Positions 1-11,682 of a DNA stretch of 64,000 nucleotides are shown here, in pieces. This DNA comes from Phoronis australis (lineage: Eukaryota > Animalia > Phoronida). Each line of letters begins with the position of its first letter. Position 1 is the first letter of the stretch. The DNA is taken from the NCBI GenBank assembly GCA_002633005.1, contig NMRA01000060.1, forward strand, positions 1,099,355 to 1,163,354. The letters run 5' to 3'. The notes beneath the pieces are model-generated. The model did no database searches. It saw nothing but the letters and a program-made list of their open reading frames with translations, and was not told where the DNA came from. A program made the translations under genes and the position numbers.

Positions 1-1524
1 GGCCAAGAGTGAGGTTACTCAGCCTAACAAATGGCCTGCAACTTTTTTGTGCATTCACTTCTTAATTGAGCAACAGCAAGCAATTACAGGCGGACACGAG
101 ACTGTAAGGCAGAGCATTAAGACTAAAGCAGAGCACTAAGTCTTTACTTTGTTATAAAACATGAAAATTAAAGTGTGTTTTATATTTGCTGCCCTCAGTT
201 TTTATGGGCCATACAGATTCTAAAAATTTTGGAAAATGGTTTCCACTGGACTCTAAGGACAAGTCCTGATACCTGAAGGCTACAGACCATTGAAAATAAA
301 CAGTGCAAGCTGGAGTAGATGATTATTGTTGTTTGAAAATTAGGAAACTTTCCATAAGTGCTTTGGGATTTCACTTCTTGTTATCCATTGATCTTTCCAA
401 GACTTTTGTACCTGATAACGACCCTCCACAATTGAATATTTTTGGGCTGCCACAATCTCTAGCCAACACGATCAAACCGGACGTAAACGTGCCCATTGCT
501 GTCGGATGAAAGATGGTGCTGTGACGACCATTTTTCGATTTTTTTTGCATTGTGGTGCTGTATCTCCAACATCCCTTGGCAGTTCTTTTTCTATTTGGGT
601 TACTGATAAGTCTCAGCATTTACTGTTCTTTAGTTATTTGAGATTTTCTGATGGCTTCTCTCTAATTAATCTCTGGCATCCCTTGATGGATCTGTATGGA
701 ATTCGGTTTATTGATAGAACTTGTGAAACACGTTTCTCGCTACAACTTACTGTTCTCGAAATATTCAAGATTTACTGGCCAGATGACTGTTCTTTTATTG
801 ACTAATCTAGCTGCACTTTTGTTGGTTTATCATATTTGTGCTACATGTCGCATTTTTGCATTTTTCGTCCTTAGGAGATTTGTAACATGTTACAATGTAT
901 GATTTAGTCTTATCTAATTCTGATTGGGAACAATAGGTGGCATTGATAAGCAAATGGATGGTAGTGTATTTTATAGCAAATAATTCCACCTTGAGCAGTA
1001 ATCGTCACAAGTGTTGGTTGTTAATGTACTCTTCCTGATGCCAAAAGATAGTCAATTTATCAATTTGCATAATGTAAGAAAGACGAATACGACTGCTATT
1101 TTTTACAAAAATACCTTATGTTGTGTGAGTTGATTTGTTACAGAAACCAAAATAAGAGGCTAATCGAAAATTTCTAGCGGCGTTTTTGAGGTAACTTGTG
1201 AAGTTTTCATTAAAAAAGATTTCATTACTATATGTATCTTTCTTAAAAATGATATTTTGACATAAAAAGGGTGTTAATGTAATGATAATAGTGGCACATA
1301 AATATAAATATCTTTCAGAAAATGAATACTTTTACTAGTTGACAAGGCCTGTTTTTTGATATACAAGTTAGAATGAGGCCACTAAACAAGGTTTAATAAT
1401 GCTATGATTAGTATTGTAACACAATATGAGTCTGTGTGGGAATGTCACGTTATAATCTCTTCAGTTTAGGTCTGATTATGGCTGACTAGTGAATTTTTTT
1501 ATATCGTTTTTTCCATGCATCATA

Positions 1525-2347
1525 AGTTCCGTCCACACACAGTCTACCCTGGAACAACATGCACTAGTACAACTTACCCCACTTTTTAGTTGAACGTCCA
1601 CACATACATATCTGATAACTAGGGTAAGGCTTACGTTGTCGCTTTGTGTTTGACAAATGCAAATACGGCACGGCACGGCATGCAAAAGAAAACCAGTCTG
1701 TATGTAACTGCAGTTGATAATTACTTCCGCCTTTTGCGACCACACAAGAATTTGGAGTGGCACGAGTTACCCTAGAACAAGTTACCACACCTCGAATAGG
1801 TGGGGGTAAGTTGTCACAAGTGGGATAAGTTGCACTTGTTTAAAGATGCTATGTCTCATTAAATTGTGAATATGCAAATGAAGTACTAGTTTATAAACCA
1901 TCCCGGGTCTTCCAGTAAACCGGACACCATCCGGTTACCATTACAATCTCGCGAAAGTCTCATTCTGTGAGACTATATTTTTATGTAAATGAGTATGGCA
2001 ATATGTCATCGTTACCCTAATAAAACAAGGCACAATTTTTCATATTTGTTCATTTCACTATCAAACAACGATTGCGTATAATTTGGAATTACTATGTTTT
2101 TCTTTATGTTCACACTTGTTTTAAGTGTATCAGTTTTGGTGTTTTTCTTTAAAACCACATTTTATTTACATATTCTTTCTTTTCCTGATTACACTTGTAC
2201 ACACAGTTCTCCAGGAAGTCACAATGTGGCGCTTGTTACAAATTTAAATATTCACGATTTAATGAGACATAGCATCTTTAAATAACGTCCACACAGCCCT
2301 TAAACCTAGTAACTTGTTCCAGGGTAAGTCTGTGAATGGAGGGCGCT
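1525..2347 (+). mobile_element. Non-autonomous TIR element (MITE family A, PIF/Harbinger-like termini), interrupted by a nested element
   Basis: Termini agttccgtccacacacagtctaccctggaacaa ... ttgttccagggtaagtctgtgaatggagggcgct. The body matches copies at 9713-10177, 10178-10635 (reverse) and 61276-61458. Confidence 0.75.
1844..2277. mobile_element. Kolobok-type non-autonomous DNA transposon (434 bp) with TTAA target-site duplication
   Basis: TIRs AGATGCTATGTCTCATTAAATTGTGAATAT ... ATATTCACGATTTAATGAGACATAGCATCT. TTAA at 1840-1843 and 2278-2281. The empty site (tttaaatagcgtccacac) is visible in the family A copy at about 10050. AG...CT termini with a TTAA TSD fit Kolobok. Confidence 0.8.
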
Positions 2348-2623
2348 ATAGGTAGCACCATTTCCATGCTCAAGCTTTGTGTTATGACAGCTTCTGTCAG
2401 AGGCAAAGTCTTGAAAAATTGTGGGCATTCATTGTGATGCTGGAAGCCCTTAAAATAAAAAATGAGCAATTACATGTTAAATTTGATGTAAAAAGTGATT
2501 GATTTTTTGTGTAAAATTTGCCACATGGTAAAGCAAGGTCTTGCAGTTGGTATTATTGTTGTAGATGTGAGGCAAGCACATTTTATGTCCATTAAACGTA
2601 ACAGTCGGGAATAACTTGCCCTC

Positions 2624-2680
2624 ATTTTGAGAACCAGTTTTGTCCACTGAACAACGGGCATCAAACTGGTTCTCAAAATG
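2624..2680. repeat. Small hairpin MITE remnant (second copy at about 15908-15965)
   Basis: Inverted repeat cattttgagaaccagttt ... aaactggttctcaaaatg. A similar sequence occurs at 15908. Confidence 0.55.
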
Positions 2681-5600
2681 TGAAGCCTTAAAAGTACATG
2701 TAGTCTGTAAGTGTGGTACCTCTGTAACTTGCAATTAATTCTGAATGGCTGATCCTCAAACATGAATTCATTAGAGCCTGAGATAAAAGCAGCCTTTGCT
2801 TCCAAGAGATCTCAGGAAATTAGTTCTGCAGTAATCTGTAGGATGCAATTGATTATTTGAAAAAGTACATGTAAACATATCTGCAGGAGGCCTGATTACC
2901 ACTGCTTGAGAATTGCCCTCAGTGATAACACAAATTGCTAATAATTGATGTATTAATTATTGGACTTATCACTGATACCCCTGTTCACAAACTGGCTAAA
3001 ATGACTTTCTTTCGCCAGCAGTTTTCCCTACTGGTGAACGTGCTTGCGAACTGTACTGTGTCACTTTTGGTGGGATTTGACTTATCTCGAAACTATTGGC
3101 ATTTTCACTAGCACTTTGGGAGCCGCACTTCACATGTCAGTAGGGAAGTTATTGCGTTTATCGTTGCATTAATCAATTGACTGCAGAGGTTTAACATGGC
3201 TTTCACATCAGCTTTCGCTTTAAAATTTAAGCTATTCGATTGGGGTGGTGAGGAAACAAAATCGATGGGGCCGCTCGTGCAGGACAGCGTGTCTGGCTAG
3301 AACTCAATGGTTTTCGCTACTGCATTACATGAATTCTGTGTTAACATATCGTACCCTGTTCACACCAAAGTGGTGATAACTTTTAAAACTGGAGCAGGGT
3401 TATAACTCTTTGGGTGTTTAGTTTACATATTAACTGTTGTAACTCTGCGTGAACCTGGCAGTTGCAAAACTTTTTACTCAGTAGGTGGCACTGCTCAAAT
3501 CTCCTTGGAAATAATGGCACACCTAGGCCCTAACTGGGGTGAATTGGAAAACAGTAGCTGCTACGACTCACAAGTATAACCACAAACTAGGTTTACAACA
3601 AGGATAACTGTCAGTTTGAATGAAATGATAACGATAACGACTGCATAATGATTAATAATTATTGACAGAGTTACCCAAGTTTAGTTGGTATGAACACAGC
3701 TTTAGTACCCCTAGAGTTCACTGACAGCCTCATTACCATATCCTTTGCCCCGATGTTAATGTAGTGGAAATAATTGCATAATACCTAAGCTGTGAAAATA
3801 GATTGCTGGTAACAATCCTGTTGTAAGGTTTATACCATAAACTCAGTGCATCAGTACAGTTGAATGATGATAGCTTGCCAGATACATGGTTCATGCAGAT
3901 AACTCTAGAAATACTTTCTCACTGAACCTTTACTCCTTTGGTTTAACATATCGTCAAAAGTTCAGTGGCTAACTCAGTGCGAAAGCTTAATCCACCGCAG
4001 TAAATATGGTTATTGCAATAAAATTTTGTCGATGGTTTGACCAGAGTTCACGGGATCAATTTCATGCCATTACATTTCTCTTAATCATCGCATCGCATAC
4101 CTGTGTGTTCTTTCTTGATGTAAACAGTACCACAGGGTCCCAGGGTAAGATTTACGAAAAACATGAGACAAGACGCCAGTAGTAAAGCTTGAATGATCGT
4201 CTCCTTGGATTTGGTTTTGAGTTCCCGCTCATCCGAGTGGGTGTGAAAGCTGGCGATTTAATCCTGTTGCTTTGCTCAATTAGCTAAGGAATGCTGCATT
4301 GCTTTACTCGATTTCACCTGTGGAAATAGTCTTGAAGGATTCCAGTTACATCAAATGGTCATTTTCCATACCTTGTTACTGTAGTATGTCCGGGTGATGA
4401 ATCTGGTCCCAGAGAGTTTGGTACCCGTGTGTTTTTTAATTTAGGAGCGCAGGTCTGCGGATTTGTTACTGTGGGCGTGATTTCAGCTGACCAGTCAGGA
4501 ATGGGGTTTAGTTTGTGGCCTCAGTGGAGTCACTTCCACATCATAATGCTTTCATGTGTTTTTTCAATTTGACGTCTTTCAGTTTTTACCATGAATTCTG
4601 TAATCATGACGGTTTTGCAAAATGTCTGGGATCAGATTGGATTTGTCATCACCTGGGATTCTGCTAATTACAGTTGCCTAATTTTTCAAAACTCTCAAGG
4701 CACTTAGCCTGGTTGTAGCCCAGAATATCAACATGGAAATCATAATTGCCATGTTTTTAATGTCGTCTAATAAAAAATGTTGCGGGATCCTCAGTCTTAA
4801 TTTTGATTTTAGCTTGTATTATTTAAATACTCAGCCACTGGTCATCGAGGTTTCTAACCCAAGTGTAACTATTATGTATATACAATGAAACTGTACAATG
4901 CTACAGTCTGATATTTGATTACTAAATTGATTTGTGTTTATAAATAATGGAGTTCATGTGTCAGTCTGTAGCCTTCCAAACTGTTGGACTTGATTGCATA
5001 GCACTGTGTGAAAACTATCACTGCAGCTGTTTTTCCAGTTCACCTGCTTCATAAAAGGTAAGGAGTTTTTCACCTGGTGCTTAGTACAAGCACTAATTCA
5101 TCAGATTTGCTCTTCTGATAGTTCAGTGACAGCACTGCATGTTGTCAGCCAGATACCAGAAGCACGTGTTATTGGATAATGACTTATGAATTGAATATTT
5201 ATGTGTAGTGTCGCGATAATGGTACTTGATGCTAGAGACGAGATTGCTGGTATCAAGCAGCCTCTGTTAGTGGTTGTCAATACTGGACCGGCTGGTGATT
5301 GGTTGAGCTGTTGGATCTGTCCGATTTTGATCACAATTTATTGAACTGAGGAATGCAGACATCATGCGTTTGGCTTGCTCTTCCACTGCTGAAGTGAGGA
5401 GTTTTTGATCACGGATATTAGCCAGTCCCCGTGGTTTTCTAATCGGAAGCTGAGCAAAGGCTGTTAGCTGGGATAATTGTTATTATCTTATGCACAAGTC
5501 AAGTTCTGGATGGCCGTCTTTTTGTTGCTATGGAAACCAGTGCTGGATTGATAAGCAATATACTTGTTTTGTGCACATGGCATTTTTTTGAGATGAATCA

Positions 5601-6924
5601 ATGTTTGCAGTCCACTGAACTGCTGTAATGCAGATTAGACATTGCGTTTTAGATTTGAATTTCATGATTTTCAGTCAACTCAGTGACATTTCTGTTGTTT
5701 TTATGTGTGACATCATTATACAATAGCATTGGAGCGCCACCCCCGTCAAGTGTGATCTCTTAACACAGCCGATGTTCGCTGTCATCGCTTGACCGTATCA
5801 AGTTTCAGCTCTACCACTGAGATGGTGTCTGTGATATTGAGAAGAAATGAGACTTGCATGCTTGACAACAGAACCGTATTACTTCTCAAGGAGACACAAG
5901 TGCCAGAGGTTATGTTCTGGACGACATTGATGGTTGAATTTTGTGCCTATTCATCCCCCTATTTGAAGACGCTTGTATTTGGCGCAGTCTTTTTCTTGGC
6001 AGTTCTTGGGGTATTCTTTCCTGTTATTGAATTTGATTGATATGATAGCTGCTGTTATCGCTGCTTTGAGATTGGGTAGCAATTAATGTATGTAATGGCA
6101 GATAATGGATTACCTATTGAGTGATTTTGCTCCAATGAACGTGGGCTGCCGGCGATTTAAGATCTCCACTGTGCATGACTGGCACCAGCTGTGTGGCAGG
6201 ATTATATTGAGCAGATCAAAATTATCGTGCGTTGGTCTTTAGCTCGGCATTTTCTTCTAAAGCGGTGCTGTGATAAACGATACATACGTAACTGGTGTAT
6301 ACTACCTGTTAGTGGTATTAAGACACAGATCAGCTGATAAATCGTGTTTTATGATTCTAAAGTATCAGATACTCGAGGCAAGTTACCATTTGCTTAATTT
6401 GTCTGCTTTTCACGTGACATTTTCTTCATAGGAGCCGAGACTGTGCTGTGAGTAACTTGGGATTTGAGCTTGGCGTCACTAATGATGTGCGCTACTTGTA
6501 AATGTTGGGAGAATAGGACACGGATCAACTGCAATTTCTGAAAGTTCTAGATACGCCAACGGAAGTCGTTCCATTTGTGTTTTATTCACCTACCAAAACC
6601 TGTTGAAATTTTTTTTTGAGTTTTCACCGTACCAAATTAGGCTAACTGTGCGCTGTGGGATGGAGACCTCATCTTATAGTTCTGCGTTTTATTCTGAAGT
6701 ACTGGACACTCCACTACAAGTGATGTGTCATTTGCCCTGTCAGCCTTCCATCCCTCGTATACTGTTACAGATACTATAAAGTGTTTTAACTGACCTATTG
6801 CACATGTTATTGCACTTAAAGGATAACAACTGGAGATTCATTACAGATGACAGCCTTTTCCTGTAGTTTATCCACACAGGTCTGTAATGCAGGAAGGATC
6901 CTATAGGGTTGGCGCAGCAGACGC

Positions 6925-7230
6925 TGCGATGTCACTGTGACGTCATCGTTGGATATTCATACGCAAGTTTTTCTCGGCCCGCCCTGTGATTTGGAGAAAA
7001 TCTCCTGTTGAGTTTAAGCCAGCATCAAAAGGATTCGTCTAGTGATGACTGCTTCTAATTCGTGCTTTGTCTTCGATAGATGCGTGGGTTTTGGTCAACG
7101 GTCAAGTTGATGGTTGACGTTTGTAATTGTGACGACGTTATATTGTCTGCCAGCTTATTATCATTTAGGGGATGACTTTGTTTTAACGATTGCAATTATG
7201 GTTGTAATTGCTTAGATTTGACGTCATTCA
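6925..7230 (+). promoter_or_regulatory. Candidate promoter of the 7330 exon: two full CRE palindromes plus a GC box
   Basis: TGACGTCA at 6938-6945 and 7219-7226, CCCGCCC at 6978-6984. The region is locally CpG-rich and repeat-free, just upstream of ATG 7330. Confidence 0.45.
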
Positions 7231-7329
7231 ATTGTCACAGGAAACACGGAGGTTGCTTCTTGAGCTGTCTGAAACTACCAGTTTGATAAACGTTGTTAAC
7301 TTGTGGTGAGACGATATACCATTGTGTCC

Positions 7330-7746
7330 ATGGAACGAGAGGTTAAAAGTCACCCCGTTCCATCATTCACGGATATGTTATCACCCTGTGATATTATACT
7401 TCGGTCATCGCAATATCAAGATGACTCAGAGGAGACTTTACCTACCCACAAGCGCAGTAGTAGTAGATCTCAGTCATGCCAGTCGTGGAGTGGCTGTAAT
7501 CAGACCACCCGAAGGAAATCTATAGCGTCTGCTAAACCCTGTTCAGAGACCTCTGTGGTAAAGAGCCTATTGCCTTCTCACCTCCGACGGCACTCTTTTG
7601 GTAGTGCACGGCGAGAGGAGAGCTTAAAGCTATTACCCCGCCCGCGCAGTGCCAGTATCGGAGAGGTCCCAGTGAGCTTTAGAAGACGAGGCAGGGTGCT
7701 TCATGTTCACATTATCCGCGAACATGAAGAGGAGGCTGGTCAGAAT
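7330..7746 (+). CDS. MAST: Candidate alternative first coding exon of the MAST-like kinase (139 aa, Ser/Arg-rich: MEREVKSHPVPS...EHEEEAGQN)
   Basis: Long non-repetitive ORF with coding-like composition and RxxS motifs. Donor AAT|GTAGGT at 7747 is phase 0, compatible with exon 27507. A second donor TAG|GTATTG at 7751 is phase 1. Linkage to MAST is inferred from splice phase only. Confidence 0.6.
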
Positions 7747-9056
7747 GTAGGTATTGGTGTTGTTGTTTTAAAGTGAGAAATTACAGAAAAGGCTTTACTA
7801 ATGCCTAATATATCACATTTGTGTGGGTTCAAATAATCTGTGGGTTTGGATTCAGGGTAACTCAAAAATCAGTTGAGCGTAATTGACTGAGCTTGGGCAT
7901 TGAAAACTGAAATATTTGAGAAGTCGCGGACAGAGGGCATTCAGTACTTGAATGGCCAATTCATGTTAAATAGCCAGACTCATGTTGAAGAGTTAGATAG
8001 AACAATAAGTAGGAAGTTATGGATATATTTCCGCATAAGTAAGGGAACAGAAACTCTTAAGTGTTCGTTAGTCAAGGGAAAACGAATTGCCCATGTTTTA
8101 GGAGCTTCAGGGAGACTAGCATTCACAAAAAACATGGGGAGTTTTAAGGAATCCTCCATCATGTAAATTTTGACTGAGCGTTCAAACTGAGCATGGGTCA
8201 GTTTAAAAGTGAAAATTTCAGTGGTGGGTGTTTAAAGTGGAACATGGGAATTTACCCGGAAGAGAATTCCTCTCACACCTGTATTTGTGTTTTCAAATAA
8301 GAAATTCACAGAAAGATGATCAATCGCAAAAAATTCTTACGGTATTTGCAGACATTGAAAATTGTATTTATGAAAGTTGAGATATGATTCCTAACTCTAC
8401 ATTTAAAACAAAAGATGAGGAAATTGGCCTCAGTCTGAACAGCTGTAGAACACATGTGTTCCCGAAACATTGCTAGATATCCTTTTCCATGCACTTCTCT
8501 AAAATCATACTTCGGTTTGTGTAGACTGGAGATTACAAGTACTGTAAACAACACTTACTATTTATGCTTATGGTAATGCAAAAATTAGCCTATCAGCGAC
8601 TGGACCATTATTTGAAAGGAAATCCGTAATTGATCTTGCACTTGTATTGTATGCTCAAGACCTTAGCTAGCGTAACCTACAGAAAGGCAGCCACTGATGC
8701 GATTGGTTGGTGAGGTTGGAATGTTGAATTATGGGATAGAAATCACTGTTTCCATTCTTTGAGCTAAGTTTTTAGCCACTCGAGCAGAGTGTCTCACATT
8801 CAGGGAACACAACCAAACGCAATCGGTTTTTACTTGTCTGAATGTTTCTCTGACACGTAGGCCACAAAATTTCACTTTTCCTGCATTTAGCCCAAGGACC
8901 TGTTTGTTGGAACTCCCGCGCCCCAGATGCTGTGAACATCTGTGGTTGTTTTGAAAGTAAATTCTAAAAACAAAATACTTAGTATTGAAAAGTATACTTA
9001 CATTGAAAAAAACAAGGAAATTGGGGGAAGAAATATCACTTTAAGTGATGTGTTTT

Positions 9057-9330
9057 AATGGCGGAGTGGTCAGTGTGTGGACTCTCATTCAAAAAGGTCA
9101 CAAGTTCAGCTCTGGTCCACCAACACTATTGTTTTATAGCTGTGTTTAATAGCTGTATAACTGCTTGACTCAGCTGTACAAAAGAGTACATACCTTACAT
9201 AGGGGGAGTTAATCTGTGATAGACTTAAGTGCCCTTTCAAAGGGTGTCATGCTGCAGATAATACGAAGCTTTAGTGCCCAAGGACCATCAGGTGGTTTGT
9301 GAAAAACCCTGAGTTTAGTAGAACTCACTA
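9057..9330 (+). mobile_element. Decayed tRNA-derived SINE-like fragment
   Basis: A-box-like TGGCGGAGTGG and B-box-like AGTTCAGCTC, followed by ctcagctgtacaaaagagtac, which resembles SINE central-domain motifs. Degenerate. Confidence 0.3.
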
Positions 9331-9712
9331 TCAGTATAACTAGAATGATTGGGTGATTAGTCTGACCATCATTTAGTGTTTATTGTCATGCAGGAACCAA
9401 AATTTTTAGCTTCCCAAATGTTTCCTTCCATGGTGTTACTAAACTTCAGGCGCCAGCAAGAAAAGTAATGTTGATTCTCATGTAGTGCTTGTGAACTTAA
9501 GTCGAGTTTGTGCTGATGTGGGATTGAAAACCGCATACACTTCGGAGGACGGCTCAATCAGGGCACTACTGAAAATCATCGTTATGATAGGGGACTGCTC
9601 TGATCACCGAACAACCAGAAATCATTAGTAAAGCAGTTCTAAACCCGGTTTCCATGACAAAAGCAACTTTTGATTTAGACCAGTTAATAACAGCTGTCTA
9701 CAAACAGACGAA

Positions 9713-10177
9713 AGTCCCATCCACACACAGCCTACCCTAGAACAACTTGCACTTAAGTGCAACTTACCCACTTTTAAGTGGAGCGTTCACACACACACAC
9801 ACACACACATCCAGTAACTAGGGTAATGCAGAAGTTGTCACTCTGTCAGTGGCAATGAAAACCTAATGTGAATGAATATAGCGTGCTGAAGAAAACCCAT
9901 CTGTATGTAACCACAGCCGATAATTGCTTCTACCTTGCCACATATTTGCCGCCTCACAGGAATTAGAAGTGGCGCAAGTTGCCCTAGAACAAGGTGCCCT
10001 ACCTCGATAAGGTGGAATCAGTTGTCACAGGTGGTTTAAGTTGCGCTAGTTTAAATAGCGTCCACACAGTACTCTAACCTAGCGACAACTCGCGTCCACA
10101 CAGCACTCAAACCTAAGCCACTACTTGTTATAGGAGTAACCTGTTGTAGGGTAATTAAGCTTTGTGTGGACGACACT
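9713..10177 (+). mobile_element. MITE family A copy
   Basis: agtcccatccacacacagcctaccctagaacaa ... gtgtggacgacact. Colinear with 1525-2347 minus the nested insert. Contains (CA)n at about 9788-9809. Confidence 0.75.
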
Positions 10178-10635
10178 TTACCCTAGAACAAGTTACTCTT
10201 GGAACGACTTGTCGCTAGGTTTGAGCATAGATACTCGTAAAGAGTATTCTATAGTCTATGGTTTGAGGAATGTCTGGACGCCGTTTAAACCAGTGCAACT
10301 TGCCCCACTTGTGACAACTTACTCCACCTTATCGAGGTAAGTTAACTTGCTCTAGGGTAACTTGCGCCACTTCTTAAGCTGTGTGGCCACAAACCTCAAG
10401 GGCAAATCGGAAGTAATTATCAGCTACGGTTACATACAAATGGGTCTTCTTTTGCACGCCGTATCCGAATCAGCTGTTCGTTGTCGTGCACAGATGGTCA
10501 ACTTCAGCCTTGTGCTAGTTATGGGATATATGTGTTGGTGTGTGAGTGGGTGCGGACACTCCAATAAAATTCAGTGGGACATGTTGCTTTAGACTGCAAC
10601 TTGTTCTAGGGTAAGTCTGTGTTTGAACCGGACGT
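10178..10635 (-). mobile_element. MITE family A copy in reverse orientation
   Basis: Reverse complement of the preceding copy, e.g. ccaccttatcgaggta versus tacctcgataaggtgg. Ends ttgttctagggtaagtctgtgt. Confidence 0.7.
10226..10260. mobile_element. 35-bp miniature element with CATAGA...TCTATG termini and 7-bp TSD (P-element-like)
   Basis: gtttgag is duplicated at 10219-10225 and 10261-10267. The insert is absent from other family A copies. Confidence 0.6.
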
Positions 10636-11284
10636 TACTGTTGCGTAATTTTTCTCAAATTGTTCAGGCTTCAAGACAAATTAGAAGTTATTTCATGGCT
10701 TTGAAAGAACATTGCTTCTTGAGACCGGGCTCTACAAGGCAGCAAGTCATTTTTGCATTGAGCCTGGTCTCAAGGAATAATGAACTGTCAATGCTTTGCA
10801 AGCCTATAACAAGGAAAAAGTTGCGATCAAATTTATAGCGGTAGGGTGCTCTAAATAAAAAATCACTTCCTCGACAAAATTGTGGTGTGTAATTGCAATC
10901 TTTTCCACCATTACTTTTTATCATCTTACTCCTTTTCTTACTTCTCTGAGTCCTTAAACAAAGCTTCAATTTTTCATTGTGTAACTGGAAGCTGCGATGA
11001 GCTCACCATGTTTGGTGTACGAAAGACCCTAGTCAACTTATCGAGTCTGGTCTCGAAGAAATTGTCACTTTCGGTTGTTCCCAAGCCCTGAAATCATTTC
11101 TAAGTTGCACGTACCTGGATTCAAGTATTGAGTTTCTATCCAAAGATGCCCGTGTCCACCTATTGGTTTTTACTCGGGATGTACTTTAATTTTTCCTTGT
11201 TTTCGAGATCAAACTGAGAACTGCGCTAGCGTGAACGGACTCTATAATTCTTTGACAGACAGCCTATTCATATCAGCTCTTTAA

Positions 11285-11644
11285 GGCCCTTTCGCACTAA
11301 CTTAACTACGATATGGGAGGAGCGTTGCTGTTAACTTTGAAGTTAAGTTAAACCATTCTTACATACTTTAGTAGTTAATGGAGTTTGTATTAAACGGTAG
11401 GTGACGTTGTAGTTATCGAAGCAATTCAATCGTGACAGTAGTTGTCTGTGCTGATAACTTCGATGAAACCGAAATTGACTCACAGTTCATACCATGCCAA
11501 AGTGTTGACACTCTGTTGTTAAATCCACCTGTTTTGTGCAAAGTTAACTGGTGCTGTTAACTTCGATCTGGGACGGAATGTAGCCTTTCATACCGACTAC
11601 AGATCCCCGAAACATGGACGCGTTGAATTTAGTATGAAAGGGCC
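11285..11644 (+). mobile_element. MITE family B (PIF/Harbinger-like, GGCCCTTTC...GAAAGGGCC TIRs)
   Basis: TIRs are visible. Internal sequence is shared with 15169-15696 and 31447-32007. Confidence 0.7.
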
Positions 11645-11682
11645 TTTGGAGTTGTTGCCATTGGTAACCTCGTCATGTCATT

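Noticed and set aside
300-1000. Cluster of short ORFs suggesting a decayed coding sequence
   Set aside because: No recognisable motif in any frame, so it cannot be supported without a translated search.
5789-6040. 83-aa ORF with a hydrophobic C-terminus
   Set aside because: Non-ATG start in the track, no recognisable family and no convincing splice signals.
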